Numbered from the stretch's first letter, positions 28,879 to 43,420 are shown. The stretch: DNA of 64,000 nucleotides from Eledone cirrhosa (GCA_964016885.1 OZ024758.1:18228001-18292000); one strand, 5' to 3'. The notes: generated from the sequence alone by a model not told the origin. Numbers and translations: made by a program.

Positions 28879-29538
28879 TGATATAGAGAGAGAGAGTGCG
28901 CGTGGAAAGACAGAGAAAGAGAGTGAGAGATGGGGAGAGAGATGGAGAATGAGAGAGAAAAGAGATATAAATGAAAGTGTACTGAAATGTTTTGTACTTT
29001 TGATAAATTTATTTATTTTTGCTCACGTTGTCGTGTAATTTGTTCAGAACATGGCGTTACTATATGAACTTTGTTTCAAACAAGAAGGAACATGCAATTT
29101 TAAAACAAATATCTTTTTGTTCATTTTAAGGTCATATTAGTACAAAAATATACAAATAAGTTAGAGCATATTGTGTTAGAATGGATTAGATTTTAGCATG
29201 CTTAATCACCATAGCCTTAGATACAGGACCATGAGTGAAGAGACCTCGTGAAATTTAATATTCTAAAGAAGACTTAAGAATTAAAATAGCTTATGCTTTG
29301 ATTATATAGAAATTATTTTCTATTTTGATGCACCAAAGATTTCGTACGTGTTTGACTTTAGAAACGGCATTGAATGAAGAGGAAAAATTAAAATATTCAT
29401 AGAAATATGAATGTACGTAGGTGAATTAGCCATGACGCATTAAAGGTTTGATTCACAGAGTTATGAAATATTAATTAAAAATATCATGTGACATTGAGAT
29501 GCGCTTCAGATTTATGATCACATTGGATATAGATTGCT

Positions 29539-29605
<67 letters not shown>

Positions 29606-29607
<2 letters not shown>

Positions 29608-30716
29608 GAAATGGATAGGAAGACTAGGAAGCTATTGACTATCTACAACATGTTCCACAAGAGGAGTGCTGTCGATAGACTCTACTTAAGGAGATCTGAA
29701 GGTGGAAGAGGTCTTATCAGCATTGAGGACTGCGTTCAGATGGAGAAAAACATCCTACACAAATACGTAACTGATAGTAAGGAGCCAATGCTCAGAACTG
29801 TACTGAAGGAGAGGACAATAGACCAGGGGATGTCCAAGGAGGAAATAACAACAAGGAGAAAGAGCAGCCTTCAGGAAAAATCCCCTCATAGTACCTTCTT
29901 TGAGAAAACTGAATTCAGAGATCCACAGACATGGAACTGGTTGAAAAGAGAAGACCTTAAAAAGGCTACAGAAGGAATGTTAATGGCTACGCAAGAGCAG
30001 GCCCTCAAAACGAAGTGGGTGAAACACCATATTTACAAGGAGGAGACTAGCCCACTGTGCAGGATCTGTGGAGAGAGAGAGGAGAGTGTGGCTCACATTG
30101 TATCCGAGTGTAAACACCTAACCCTGAGTCACTATAAAGGCTGGAGACATGATGTGATGGGCAGGGTGATCCACTGGCACCTATCCAAAATAAACAATTT
30201 ACCACATTCTGAGAAGTGGTATGAGCATAAGCCAGATTCAGTGATATAAAACGATCAGGTGATGTTGCTATGGGATTTTAGGATACAGACAGATAAGAAA
30301 CTGGAACACAATAGGCCTGACAGGGTGGTTTTGGACAACTAAAAAAGGTCGTGCCTGATTGTAGATGTAGCCTGCCAATTTGATACGAGAGTGTAAGAAA
30401 AGGAGAGGGAGACAATTAACCGATACCAAGACTTAAAGTGGAATGTAAAAAGGATTTGGAGCTGCCATGAAGTCCAGAGTCGTCCCGATTGTCATAGGGG
30501 CACTAGATACTATCTCAAAAAGTTTCCAGGGATGGTTAAAGAAAATTGGCCCCTTCACGCTTTTTGGAACGCTTCAAAAGGCATGCTTGCTGGGAACAGC
30601 AAGAACCCTCCGATACGTCCTGAATATCTGAGGCTGCAGGTAGTGGCTTGATATTCACTTCAACAAACTTTCCAGTTAACTAACATCAATGACTGAGACT
30701 CTAATAATAATAATAA
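29606..30716 (+). mobile_element. R4/Dong-clade non-LTR retrotransposon, 5'-truncated 3' part (CCHC finger + REL endonuclease), pseudogenised
   Basis: DRLYLRRSEGGRGL, CRICGEREESVAHIVSEC, WRHD, NRPD..IVDVAC; in-frame stops; (TAA)n tail. Confidence 0.9.
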
Positions 30717-30776
30717 TAATAAAAATAAAAAAATAAGTCAGACATACACATATTACAATGTTTATTTTTTAAAGTT

Positions 30777-30855
30777 TTTATCTATTTTTTTGTTTATTTA
30801 TTTTATCTATTTTTTTGTTTATTTATTTTATCTATTTTTTTGTTTATTTATTTAT
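30777..30855. repeat. Short tandem repeat TTTATCTATTTTTTTGTTTA(TTTA) x3
   Basis: Direct reading. Confidence 0.8.
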
Positions 30856-32395
30856 GTTCGTCTACAGCGTGAGGGTCACACGCTAAAATCACCGGGGGTG
30901 ATCAAATCACTGGGGGTTATCTAACCGTAAATTCACCAATCCTCGATATGAGTGTTTAAATGTCGAACCTAAACAGTTTGAATAACGGTGAAGAGGAGAC
31001 TGGAACGTTATGTGATAGACTATCACCCAGCAGGTGCTCCCTGGTACAGCAGCAGGGACCTGGCTGTCATCCAAATACTGCGGCTGTTGCAGGATGAAGA
31101 AGAAGGAAAGGGACAATAACCAACTGGACGAAAGAATTGAATAGAACTGTTATGCACTGTTACCTGAAGAGTAACCTCAAGGAAAAAGGCTATATGAAAC
31201 GGATGCATAACATCTGGAACGAGATTGGTTTATTTAAATTAGATGAACAAAAATTGACCGGGCAGGCTCAGGTAATAAGAACTAGTGGATGGATAAGCGA
31301 GCTGGAACTGGAGGAACTGAGCAGTGAGATTAGGTTGGAAATGGAGAATGGAGTATGTCAGGCAAACGAGCCAGTGGGAAATGAAGGTGAAGAGGTTGAG
31401 AGAACAGAGGAAGCATCCGAAGCAGTAAATGATCTGAATGCTGAAATAAATAATATCTGAAACAAAGATACGGCCATTGAGGTAATGAATGCTGACGGGC
31501 TAGGACAAGATTTGGTTGATATCCTAAACTTAGTGGAAGATGGAATGAATAATGATAGTGGAAAACCTATGAACCTAATATTTGTAGACAGGAAAAAGTT
31601 AAAAGAAACAGCGAAGGTAAACAAAGTAATCCCATACCTTGAGACGAGGAAGCTTCACCAATGCAACAATATCCTCAAAGCAACAGCAAATGCGGTGAGG
31701 AAATTACTTGACATAAAAACGAGAGGAAACAACAAACAAGAAAGGTCAGAACCATGGTGGGAGAAAAGACTGAATGGTCAAATCAGGGAAATGAGAAATG
31801 ACATTGGAAAGCTTGAGTCCCTACTGAATGGGACACTACAAAACATAGTCACTAACAATAGACTGGAAATAAAGTACAAAACTAGGAGGACAAAGCTAAA
31901 TATTATCATAGAGGAACTGAAGCAACGCATTGTAGCAAAGAGTGCAAAGATGAGGCGATATGAGAGCAGAGTCAGTCAGTATAGACAGAACCGCATGTTT
32001 GACAACAACCAGAAGATAGTGTTTGGACAGTTTGAAGGGAAAGAAAGAGGCAACGACTTGATTCCTGTGGCGGAACAGACTAAGACATTCTGGAGAGGAA
32101 TATGGGAGCAGGATGTTGAACATAATGATCAGGCAGTGTGGATTGAGGCAGTACAAAAGGAGATTTGTGAACAAGCACATCAACAAACTGATTTGACTAT
32201 CACAGTTGAAACTCTTAAAGGGCAGGCCAAAAAACTAACCAACTGGAAATCACCAGGCCCAGATGATGTGCAGGGGTATTGGATTAAACATATAACAGCC
32301 CTCCACCCGAAACTGACAACCATGTTCAATGACTGCTTGATGTCAGGTGAGGTACCAGAGTAGTCGACAAAAGGTACCACAGTTCTGAAAGGTAC
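30855..32395 (+). mobile_element. R4/Dong-clade element 5' part (putative 5' UTR and N-terminal ORF up to the start of RT)
   Basis: WTKELNRTVMHCY..GYMKRM..W, PWWEKRL, QYRQNRMF, WKSPGPDDVQGYWIK; disrupted frames. Confidence 0.8.
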
Positions 32396-32800
32396 CACAG
32401 ATCTTCTTAAACTAACAAAGTCTATCTGTGGGGCAGAAGTGAATATTTCAAAAAACGTTGCAACCGGAGGAAGACAGGAAGACGACACTTTGGTTCGTGG
32501 AAACGTTCCCTGGCAATGAACGGGAAAAAACGAATATAATACGTCATTAATTGGAGCGGTGAAAAACAATTACACGCAAAGAAAAAACCACGTTTATGGT
32601 ATAAACAGAAGTCGTAGACTAATATTCTATTAAGTGGTTCATATAGACGTTCTCTGGCAATGAACGAAAAAAAAAACGAAGATAATACGCCATATGTGAG
32701 CGTGGAGAACAATTGCACGCAAAGGCAAAACCACGTAAATGGTATAACTGAAGTCGTAGACTAAAATTCTAACTAGGAAACCGAATGATTCTCGGCTTCA
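32396..32800. mobile_element. Dispersed repeat family J with an internal ~145-bp duplication, probably the terminal repeat of the adjacent Penelope-like element
   Basis: Copies at 43455-43730 and 61471-61665 next to (TA)n; duplication at 32501-32630 and 32646-32771. Confidence 0.6.
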
Positions 32801-33355
32801 GAGTTAAGAATAAAGTAAATAAAATATAGAGGTAATTGAAATTAAATAAATACATACACGCATCCATATACGTGCATACGCGAAAACACTCGCCATAGGT
32901 ATACAAATACATGCCCACACATATATATATATATGTTCTTGTGTGTGTGCGTGTATACACATAATTAAATAAACGTATATAAATAAATAAATAAATACGT
33001 ATATAACAAGCGCACACACATACCTACATGTAAATACAAATATGTTCAGAGACTACGTTAACCAAAACACGATGTACACATATACACTCACCCTACCTAC
33101 GTACGATCCCGCATACTCACACAGACACAAAACTCCCGTATACACATAACCAAAAGCATATGTACCAGAATATATAACATTTTCGCCATAACATATACAA
33201 TCAAATATACGTACGAGAAATTATACGTACCTTCACAAAACATACAGGTAACATATACTTACCTTTACAAATAAGTAATGGTATAAACATAACATATACT
33301 TAGCTACCACATCAAGACGTAAAATATCCGCGTATAGATCGTACTATCCGTTAGG

Positions 33356-33975
33356 CTATAATGCGGGGCTGTAATACAGGAAAGTTTTGTGCAATTTATG
33401 TTTACAAGCCGAAACTGCCTCAGACTTTTTGTTTAAGATGTGGTCTGTGGTGTAGAGTATTTCCAGGGACTCGGTGGCGCAGAGGTCACATGGTCTGTTA
33501 TTTCCGTTATACGATCTAGTCCTAGCTAGGATCTCCCAGTGTAACTTATATTGGGTGTGGTTGTCTTTTAGACTCCAGATATAAGATGAAAGTGACGTCA
33601 TATTCCTTCTTAGAGGGTACCGAGAAGAATGGGTATGCATGTAAAGACGCTGCTTGAATCTATTGGCGGTTAACCCTATGTAGGCCCTACGGGAGGTGGG
33701 TGTTTCAACCTTACATTTGTAGACATTGTTACTAGAGAGGCATTTCCCGGATAGGGGGCAGTCAACCCGATTCCTACAATTACAGGTAGTACTAACTACA
33801 GGGTTGCACGTGTTCCTACGGCTGGGTAGTTTAGCTAAATTTGAAGCTATGATGTTATGTGCAAAGTTAGGCGTCGTAGAGTAAGACATTTTAATAGTTC
33901 TTCTATTAAGAATTTTACTATATTTATGTGTAGGGGGAAATTGCTTCGTAATAAGGGAGAGAACGATCTTAGCTA
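33356..33975 (-). pseudogene. Penelope-like element C-terminal GIY-YIG endonuclease (CxCx5C linker, Hydra-clade-like), 5'-truncated at a microsatellite
   Basis: CNCRNRVDCPLSGKC..VY..YIGLT..FKQR..H..CDLC..E; about 205 open codons to the stop. Confidence 0.85.
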
Positions 33976-33991
33976 ATATATATATGTATAA

Positions 33992-34088
<97 letters not shown>

Positions 34089-34631
34089 GATTGTTTCCAT
34101 GTTGCAAGTGTTACTTCCATATACATTTCATTGTGAATCTCATGTCTTAACTCTTTTAGATCCTATGACAGTCCGCCCACAATATTTGCATATTATTTTT
34201 ACTATTTTCATTATGTCATATCTATATTTGTTTCTACTTATCTTTCGCTTGTTCTAATACAGGATACATAAAAAAAAACCTTGCGTAAAATGTATATTCA
34301 TGTTTGATATGTACGACACGCAAATACGAATTAATATGTGAAGGATATATAATTGAAATTATAATATCACTTTCAGAAGTATTATTGAAATATATTACCA
34401 TTCAGAGAATGGTATAAAAACATCGGTATAAAAACAAATCAAAACAAATTTAGTATTTCATTTGATGTGTATGCAGAAATTCCATTACGAAGAAATGGAT
34501 AACAGAATCTATTTCTCATCACAACCACTAGACTTGGAATAGGTTTACGTCATCATAAAACTTTAAACCAGTAGGTGCCTTTTAGAAGATCCTTTTTCAG
34601 TATAATTATATATATATAAATATCTATATAT

Positions 34632-34800
34632 TTAATTACATAATAAAGAGCACAATATAATTATTCTATTACCAAAGCTTTCAGAAAATTGATAACTGTT
34701 TCATCTGATGAATGGGCTGGACGTTCCTGTAAGGATCGTCTAATTCCCTGAAAACTTCGGTAATGGAATAATTATATTGTGTGGTTTATTATGTAATTAA
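34632..34800. mobile_element. Fold-back pLTR (family K)
   Basis: Inverted arms 34632-34690 and 34742-34800 around a hammerhead core. Confidence 0.6.
34699..34768 (+). ncRNA. Type I hammerhead motif
   Basis: TTTCAT-CTGATGA-ATGGG..TGGACGTTCC(TGTAA)GGATCGTCTA..CCCT-GAAA-ACTTCGG-TA-ATGGAA. Confidence 0.65.
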
Positions 34801-34887
34801 ATGCGCCTGTATTATACATAGAACACTCTTCTTTCCTTTACGCTATTGTTCTAATGCCTTTCAGCAGGGAGATTTGAGGGAGAATAT

Positions 34888-35076
34888 AATTGTTCCTACT
34901 TTTGGCACAAGGCCGGCAATTATCCTAGTGCATTACTGGTACTTCATTTTATCGACCCCGTAACGATGAAAGGCAAAGTTAACCTCGGCAGGATTTGAAC
35001 TTAAACCGTAAAGGGCCGTAACTGTATGTTGGAAAGCCTGGTGTCCAACCCTCTACCCATACTGCCAAATCCACGC
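34888..35076 (-). mobile_element. SINE, short form
   Basis: Same family. Confidence 0.85.
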
Positions 35077-35229
35077 CACAGATTCCATAGGCCCTCAGTT
35101 ATATAGTATATTGAAACACATAGATAATATCAAATATAAATGTATCCTTGAATCTCTGCAAACAAGCTTTGTCATTCTAATGACCAATGTATGTTCTAGC
35201 ATATCTCACTATCTATCGCAATGTTTCTC

Positions 35230-35480
35230 ATGACAATAAAGAATCCTCAAACGCGAACTCTCGCGAAAGTTGATGTGCTTATTCACGTGATTGCATCAAC
35301 CAACCAAATTTCCCTCATATATGAAAAGACAATTTGAGCCCTTTTTTTTAAAGACAAAGACAACAAGAACTTTGTAACGCGAGCTCGCGCGAAATTTGTT
35401 ATACTTATTCACGTGATATTCACCAACCAACCAAATTACTTTTCTAAACACCCTAGCATTTCGAGCCACTTTTTTCTACA
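35230..35480. repeat. Diverged ~126-bp tandem duplication
   Basis: ACGCGA.CTC.CGCGAAA.TTG..CTTATTCACGTGAT..CAACCAACCAAATT occurs twice. Confidence 0.7.
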
Positions 35481-37532
35481 TAAAGCTGAAGTAAATATTC
35501 GAACACCATCCAGATGCGATAAAAAACCATAAACCCTTCATCTCAATTGTACTTTTGAAAAGCAAAAGAACTGTGAAACCGGTAAAGCAAACAAATAAAT
35601 ATTTTAAAAAAGACTCCAGTTGCATATACGATTTCATCATATTTTCCTGATATCTTGCTTTGTTAAAAAAAAACCCATATATATATATATATGAGTGTAT
35701 TTACGTTTGAATGTTATAGGTCTGTATACTTAGCTGGACTTAAAATCATGCATTACATAATAATAATCAAGCTTACATAACCAAATTCATATCGTTAATA
35801 TAATCATGAACATTCATTAATTCCCTAATGTTAATGTTTATTTACACTGTGAAAAATATACTGTTGTTTGTCCTTTAAGTGGTCAACTGTTTCTGTGGTT
35901 TGGGTTATTAGGTTTTGCAATACTTCCCTGTCAGTTATTGGACCAACTGTCACGAAATTATCTGAGTCGGTTTCATCGGGATTTTAAACTTCAATATACA
36001 ATTGTAACTTTACACAGTGAACTGTTTGCATGCTGTGCTATCAATTTTTACATCCATCTCCTAATATATTATGGATGTATCGTATATTCAAATATATATA
36101 TATATATTCAACATCTGTGCTTATGAATTATAATGTGTATCATTGTTTAGGGAGATTATTCATTTATCTGAAAAATGACAGCATTCATTTTAAAAGCAAG
36201 CCTTGCCTCCTGATCTCTGTGCTGGCAGTAGAATAATCACGTAAGAGTCACACATAACCTGATAACCTAATGTAATGCTTGCCTTGTGTCATGTTTAAAA
36301 CTCAATGGCTTCTGTGAAACATTTGTTCGAAAATTGAGCAACTACAGTATCATTGAAGCTTATAGAACAAACTAAAAGAAAAACGTAACATAATATATAT
36401 TAAATTTAAGCTCTTCGAGAGCAAAGCTTACAATATTGCATACGGCCGAGAATGTTTTCTGTATAATCTCATGATCTCTAAGTAATTATGAGGAAACAAA
36501 ATTTTAAAACCACAATTCTTTCATATCAAAAGTTTCGGAGGGAGAATTTTCGGTTTGATATGACGATAGATAATTAAGAATTTTATAACCATCAATTTTA
36601 CATTATATATTAACATCATTTTCCAATTTTGACCTCGTAAACATTATTTTTCAAATAATCCCGTAGGACGTCGTATAAAATTTGAATGGCAGGTTCATTA
36701 AGTTCTGATATATATTTCAGTATATCAAACGTGACTAAAGGGAGATTCATGGTACAAACAAAGGATGAATATTTTTTTAATACCTCTAGTTTTATTTATA
36801 ATGCACATATGTAAAATAATTGCAGTATTAACTCTCATAAACAAATAAAAACGTTTTTATATCAAAATATCTTGCAATATATACAGAAATGAAAACAACG
36901 TTTACAGTTATCATGATTGGAAACTGTTTGTAGATATGTGAGTAAAAAACCAAATAAAATATCTAGTTATATGTCATATAATGTCATATATGTGTTGTTT
37001 TATGTGAACATCTGATGGAACCTCCGTTGGATTCATGCTAAGATATCAGGTTTAAATCAATCCAAATAGCTTCTTATGAAATAAATATAAAGGCACACTG
37101 CAAATCCAAAAAATGCATAGAATTTCGAAAATGTTCATTCCAGTCCCACATAGAGCAATTTACGAAACAAGGTCAGGCCTTAAAATTGCAGGCACAATCC
37201 AAACGCCTACACTACTTCACTGCTGACACGCCGCCATGTCAACATATTCAAACAAAGGCTTGAGGATTGTCATCTATAATTCCTAATGCCAAGCAAATTT
37301 CTCTGTCAGAAAAGGATGTATTAACTTGTATAGAATACATAAAGGGAGTACGAGTGGGATCATGGGCATGGTAGATGTCTTGAAATTTGATAATTATAAT
37401 AGGTATGACAGTCATTATATTCAACTTGCTATGAATCGATGATGGATGTGTAGTGTTATAGATAGCTTAGCTGCAGATGGATACACACACTCACACATAC
37501 ATTCTTATACGTATAAATATATATATATATAG

Positions 37533-38078
37533 AATATTAAAAAAATAATGAATAAAACAATGAAACAGTTCCTTATATTAAACAAAAAAAGTTCATTATT
37601 TAACGATCGTTTCTGGGATATATATGTGTTAGAATTGGCATGTATATTTAACAGATCTATGTACAAAATTATACAAAATTATACAAACTATCAAAATTAA
37701 ATATACATACCAACTCATATATATGCCGTCTTCAGAAATTCTGAAGACGGCATATATATGAGTTGGTATGTATATTTAATTTTGATAGTTTGTATAATTT
37801 TGTATAATTTTGTACATAGATCTGTTAAATATACATGCCAATTCTAACACATATATATCCCAGAAACGATCGTTAAATAATGAACTTTTTTTGTTTAATA
37901 TAAGGAACTGTTTCATTGTTTTATTCATTATTTTTTTAATATTTTATCTTGACTCTGTATTCCGTTTATCTTTCACCGAAAGTGATTTTTCATTGCATCT
38001 CTTCTTTCCATGATATCCGGATTACATTGAGTTGTTCATACGGATTGGACACTACCGTAAACTCTTGGTAGATTTATC

Positions 38079-38085
<7 letters not shown>
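37533..38085. mobile_element. Family G: 411-bp palindrome (centre 37738) plus a tail
   Basis: 205-bp arms, 1-nt spacer; each arm starts with CTGAAGA and contains GAAA-CGATCG-TT. Confidence 0.85.
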
Positions 38086-38125
<40 letters not shown>

Positions 38126-38167
38126 ATAATAATAAATTTGAAGACTAAAATCCAAAGAGGGCTCGAT

Positions 38168-38207
<40 letters not shown>

Positions 38208-38320
38208 CATATGTGTGTGTGTGTGTGTGTGTGTATGTGACTGTGTGTATGTGTGTGTGTGTCTATGTAGTGTTATAGATAACTCAGCTGAAGATGGATA
38301 GACACATTCACATATGCATT

Positions 38321-38395
<75 letters not shown>

Positions 38396-38803
38396 AAAGG
38401 ATAACAAGGACGATTGATTACTCCTTCATTGAATTTATTGATAGGTGACGCGCGTTTCGCCACTAATCAGCTCAATGTTCGATCTGTATCGAACCTTGGA
38501 ATAATTAATCAAGAAATATACACTATTTCACCTACACAATAAGTAAAGTATTCTTTGATCTATAATAAATAGGGTAAACCGTTACAAATGATAAGATTCT
38601 GAATTAATTTCTGTTTGATTGAAGCTTGAGTTCATTATTTGCTTCCCTCAAACATTTCTTTTTTCTATAATGGGTTTATGGTCACACATAGAATATATTG
38701 TCTGATTTTGGGAATTACAAGTCTTAAGTAAATTCTCTATAACTTACACCCTATTCTAAATATCTTTCAGACCATAACTCCTTGAATATTTGTGAATTTA
38801 TAT

Positions 38804-38979
<176 letters not shown>

Positions 38980-39178
38980 GTGTATATATATATAGTTGAA
39001 GAAAGGTCGTTGATGAAGAGTCCGCCTACTGATTCTTAAAGATACATGAATCACTAGATAATAAAATAAGGTGTATAAATAAAGATGCACGAATAAAACT
39101 GTATCTCTTATTTTTTATATATATGTGTGTGTCTATGTATGTATGTATGTATGTATGTATGTATGTATGTATGTATAT

Positions 39179-39212
<34 letters not shown>

Positions 39213-39237
39213 AGTATGTATGCATGTAAGTATGTAT

Positions 39238-39450
39238 GTATGTAAAAAGGTAGACAGAAGTAACAACACCATCGCTACAGTATATGGAAGGAATATAGTA
39301 GGTTAACGCTTGAAATAGTAGGAAGAGGGTCTTATAGTTTCGGACACTAGTCTTTCATCGGAAGAAAAAATGAGAAATAAGATAGATTGAAGGGACAGAC
39401 AATGGACAGACTAAAATGTCTTTAGATAAAAATAACTGGTCCATTCATAT
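39238..39450 (-). mobile_element. pLTR family E copy
   Basis: Minus: TCTT-CCGATGA-AAGACTAGTGTCC-GAAA-CTAT-AAGA. Confidence 0.65.
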
Positions 39451-41318
39451 TGACATCTCTTGGAATAATAATCATAAAATTAGTTGCTATTTCTTTAAAT
39501 TAAAATATGATGAAAACCATTAAAAAAATGACTTTTTACCTTTTGCTAGATTAGTGTATATCCTTATGTGGATAATGGTATTTAATCTTCACATTAAACT
39601 GAATGATCAATATAAACAATTCTCTGTAATTAAAGTGTTCTTACATTTTTTGTAAAGACACGTCTAACAATATGTGAGTATAGAAACTAATAATTATTCC
39701 CGGTGAGTAAAATTGAAATGCGTTTTATTTTTTCAATCCTGAAGTAAATATCTGATTAACATAAGGTTTAATGCATCTAATTGTATATTTTGTTTTAATA
39801 CCCAACAATAATATAGTTAGCTATGAGGTTATTTATTATTATCTTCTCTAATACTTTTGTAACTATTAATAATATTATTTCCATAAACATTCTTAATATT
39901 ATGTTCTAATACTAGATATATTTTAACGTGAAGATTGATGGTATATCTTATATAGAATATTTAATATCATTTTTAATAAATATTATATAGAGTATTCAAT
40001 TATACATTTTACCACTTATCTCCTGGTTTTCTTTCACTGACGTTATTATAAATGCATTAATTATCTAACAAATGGAGTCTTGAGAGTAATATGAATATTA
40101 AGATTGTGTGAATATTATACTTGGTTTGTCAAATGTACATAATATATAATTATTAAATTAATATTCCCAGCATGGCCTCAACCTAATACTCGTAATTGAG
40201 TGTGCTCAACTCATTGATGTACTTCTTCAAGCATGGTTCCTCTTGTAAACCTTATCACATATTTACCAATTTTATATTTATAATACAATAAGATAACTAA
40301 GTCTATTAAAGTGATGAGAGCTTAGATTATTAATAAGTTAGTTCTATATCATTACTCACGTTACGATTAATCTAATCTAATTCTATCAAGGTATACATGT
40401 ATATCCATTTAAGCTTAAATAAAGTTTTTAAATTAATCATAACTTCCTAAACATGATATCTAAAAATATTTCTATAACATAATTAAGATGTAATTGTTTA
40501 ATTAATAATATATTTAATTAATGTATTCAAATATGAATTTATTTAGTATCTCTACCATATTTCTAAATAAGTAAATAAAACCACTGTTTCACAATTCTTT
40601 CTTTACAATCTTTACATAAAAATTGTAACCAGTTTAATTATATTTTCTATTAAGATTGTATTATGTCCCCATATAATTGTTGTATCAAATCTAATTTCCA
40701 TTTAGTTTATTTCAATATATTTTATTCAGTAGACATTGTATACACGGTATTATTCTAATCTATAAATTAACACTTTCTATCTTTCTTAGTTTTTATATTT
40801 TCTTTTCTATTTCGCTTAGGTATTGTAATGAAGTCGTTAGAGAAATAGAGCATAACTGTTCTGATAGTGGAGTATTGTTCAGCATACACCGTGACGTCGT
40901 TGTAATTATAACGATACCATTATTTCTAACTTTTCTGAAGAGGCAAAATAAAGAATATTTAACATTTCTCCTTCAATCTATGTTCGGATTGTGATATAAA
41001 TAATATATCTATTATATATATGAATAATGGGGCAATATAGTTTTTACTATTTCTTCTTATTTGTTGGTTTTACAGTTGTTTTTATTTGTAAGAGCGTGTC
41101 AATAGAATAACATTATTACATTTATTGTCTGTGCATTTTTGTATTCTACATAGTCTTAAGAGATACCTTACCGGCACCATTGTGATGCAGAACAATCGGG
41201 TGCCCATGCACCCGATTGTCATATACGTCAAATTACCAGGAACCCGATTCACAAGCCCTGAGGATTTCCTTCGAATGAAACAGTTCTATTCCTGTAGGAG
41301 CCATTTCTACATTAAATG

Positions 41319-41374
<56 letters not shown>

Positions 41375-41375
41375 G

Positions 41376-41557
41376 TAACTAAGGAGGTGTGGTACGGAGA
41401 GAGGTGGACCACAACGCACCAGAGTACTCGATACTAAGGGTTGCAATCAGAATCCCGAGGGCTGAGATCCGGCCGTTTCGAGAGCTATATCCGAACTGTT
41501 CGGATCTAGCTGTCGAGAGGGCCGGAGCTCAGCCATCGGGATCCTGACTCTTTTCCT

Positions 41558-41558
<1 letters not shown>
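41376..41558. mobile_element. Fold-back family F, diverged copy 3
   Basis: GGTGGACCACAACGCACCAGAGTACTCGATACT followed by a hairpin. Confidence 0.6.
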
Positions 41559-41609
<51 letters not shown>

Positions 41610-41732
41610 GTGTTTGTGTGTGAGATAGAGAGAGAGACAGAGAGTGTCTCAGGGTGTGTCTAGAGAGAGAGATAGAGATAGAGAGAGAGAGCCAGAGATA
41701 GAGAGATAGAGGAAGAGAGATAGAGAGAGAGA

Positions 41733-41873
<141 letters not shown>

Positions 41874-42371
41874 AATGTGATATTTACAGTAATATAAAAT
41901 TATTACAATATCAATATTAATATAATATATGGAAAAATAGTTTTCACATGAAATTAATTATAAGACGGCAATGAATTATTATAGGTGAGGCACATAAAAT
42001 AATTAAGAAGCCAAACAATGAATATGAGTGTTATTTTGGACATTGTAATATTATTATATCAATACTTCGACACTTAATTAATTAAAAAAGACAAATAATG
42101 AAATGTGAATCCACAAATGAAATATTTTATATATGCTCCACATATGAATATCTATGTATACATATGCATGTATATATCTTTGTGTGTGATTGTGGCTATG
42201 CATATATATATATAGAGAGAGATATATTGAACATACATACACACACACACACATATATATATTTATTATATATATACATATTTACATATACATATATATA
42301 TCCAAGTATAACAATATTTGTTTCGACACACGATTTCATATCTAAAACCTCGCAAAACTAATTCATCGCCG

Positions 42372-42446
<75 letters not shown>

Positions 42447-42457
42447 TAAAAATAAAA

Positions 42458-42501
<44 letters not shown>

Positions 42502-42870
42502 GTATATATATGAAACCTCACTTCATATATAGAATTGATCAATCGTAATTAGAATAATTAATAATTCATACTACTCTATTAAATTTGTAATAAATAATAT
42601 AATTCATTCTAACAAGTATATCCCCTACTTTCATCCGATCTGAATAGAATGTTCACCTTTTTACTCAGTTAATCAACTATTTTTTGGGAATTATTTTCTA
42701 TTTCTCGTTTGTCACTTTCTAGAATATTGTCTTATACTGTCATGTGGCTATTCAGACAAACAAATCCAACCATATCGTGTCCACCATTTATATCGTTTGA
42801 TTAATTTTGCGTATATAACAATAACAAATACACATTTACAAATATATTCATGTTCCAGCTATTGAAAGTG

Positions 42871-42912
<42 letters not shown>

Positions 42913-42917
<5 letters not shown>

Positions 42918-43368
42918 TACTTTGGGAGGGTCTTGTTGCCAATAAGAAACACACGCACCAGATGTTTCACTTCAATTTATTATATATTAATTTATAAATT
43001 TAGGAATTTATAAATTTCCGGTTGGTTGGTTGGTTTCACAACCATATATTGTCAACGTTCTTTCGTCACACATTCTGTGACCTCTTCAGTGACTGGGGAT
43101 TCTTTTCTTTGTTTTTGTGCCTCTCCTTTGTTCTGTTCTATGTTTGTGTGTGTGTTGTGTGCTTAGTTTGCGCATGTGTTTATTTATTTTTTTATTTACA
43201 TCTTACTGTTTGGTTGTTTGTTCTATGTGTGTGTGTGTTTTCATTTTATCCTTAATTGTAAGTTGTGATGTTGCTGTTCCATTCATGTTTTCTATTCAAT
43301 TATGGTTGGAGTTCATTTATGTGTATTGCCTCTGTGATTCGTCTAAACATTACGTCTTTTCAGAAACG

Positions 43369-43372
<4 letters not shown>
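42913..43372 (-). mobile_element. Family B pLTR copy with hammerhead at 43051-43094 (cleavage triplet altered)
   Basis: Minus: AGTCA-CTGAAGA-GGTCACAGAATGTGTGAC-GAAA-GAAC-GT-TGAC. Confidence 0.7.
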
Positions 43373-43420
<48 letters not shown>

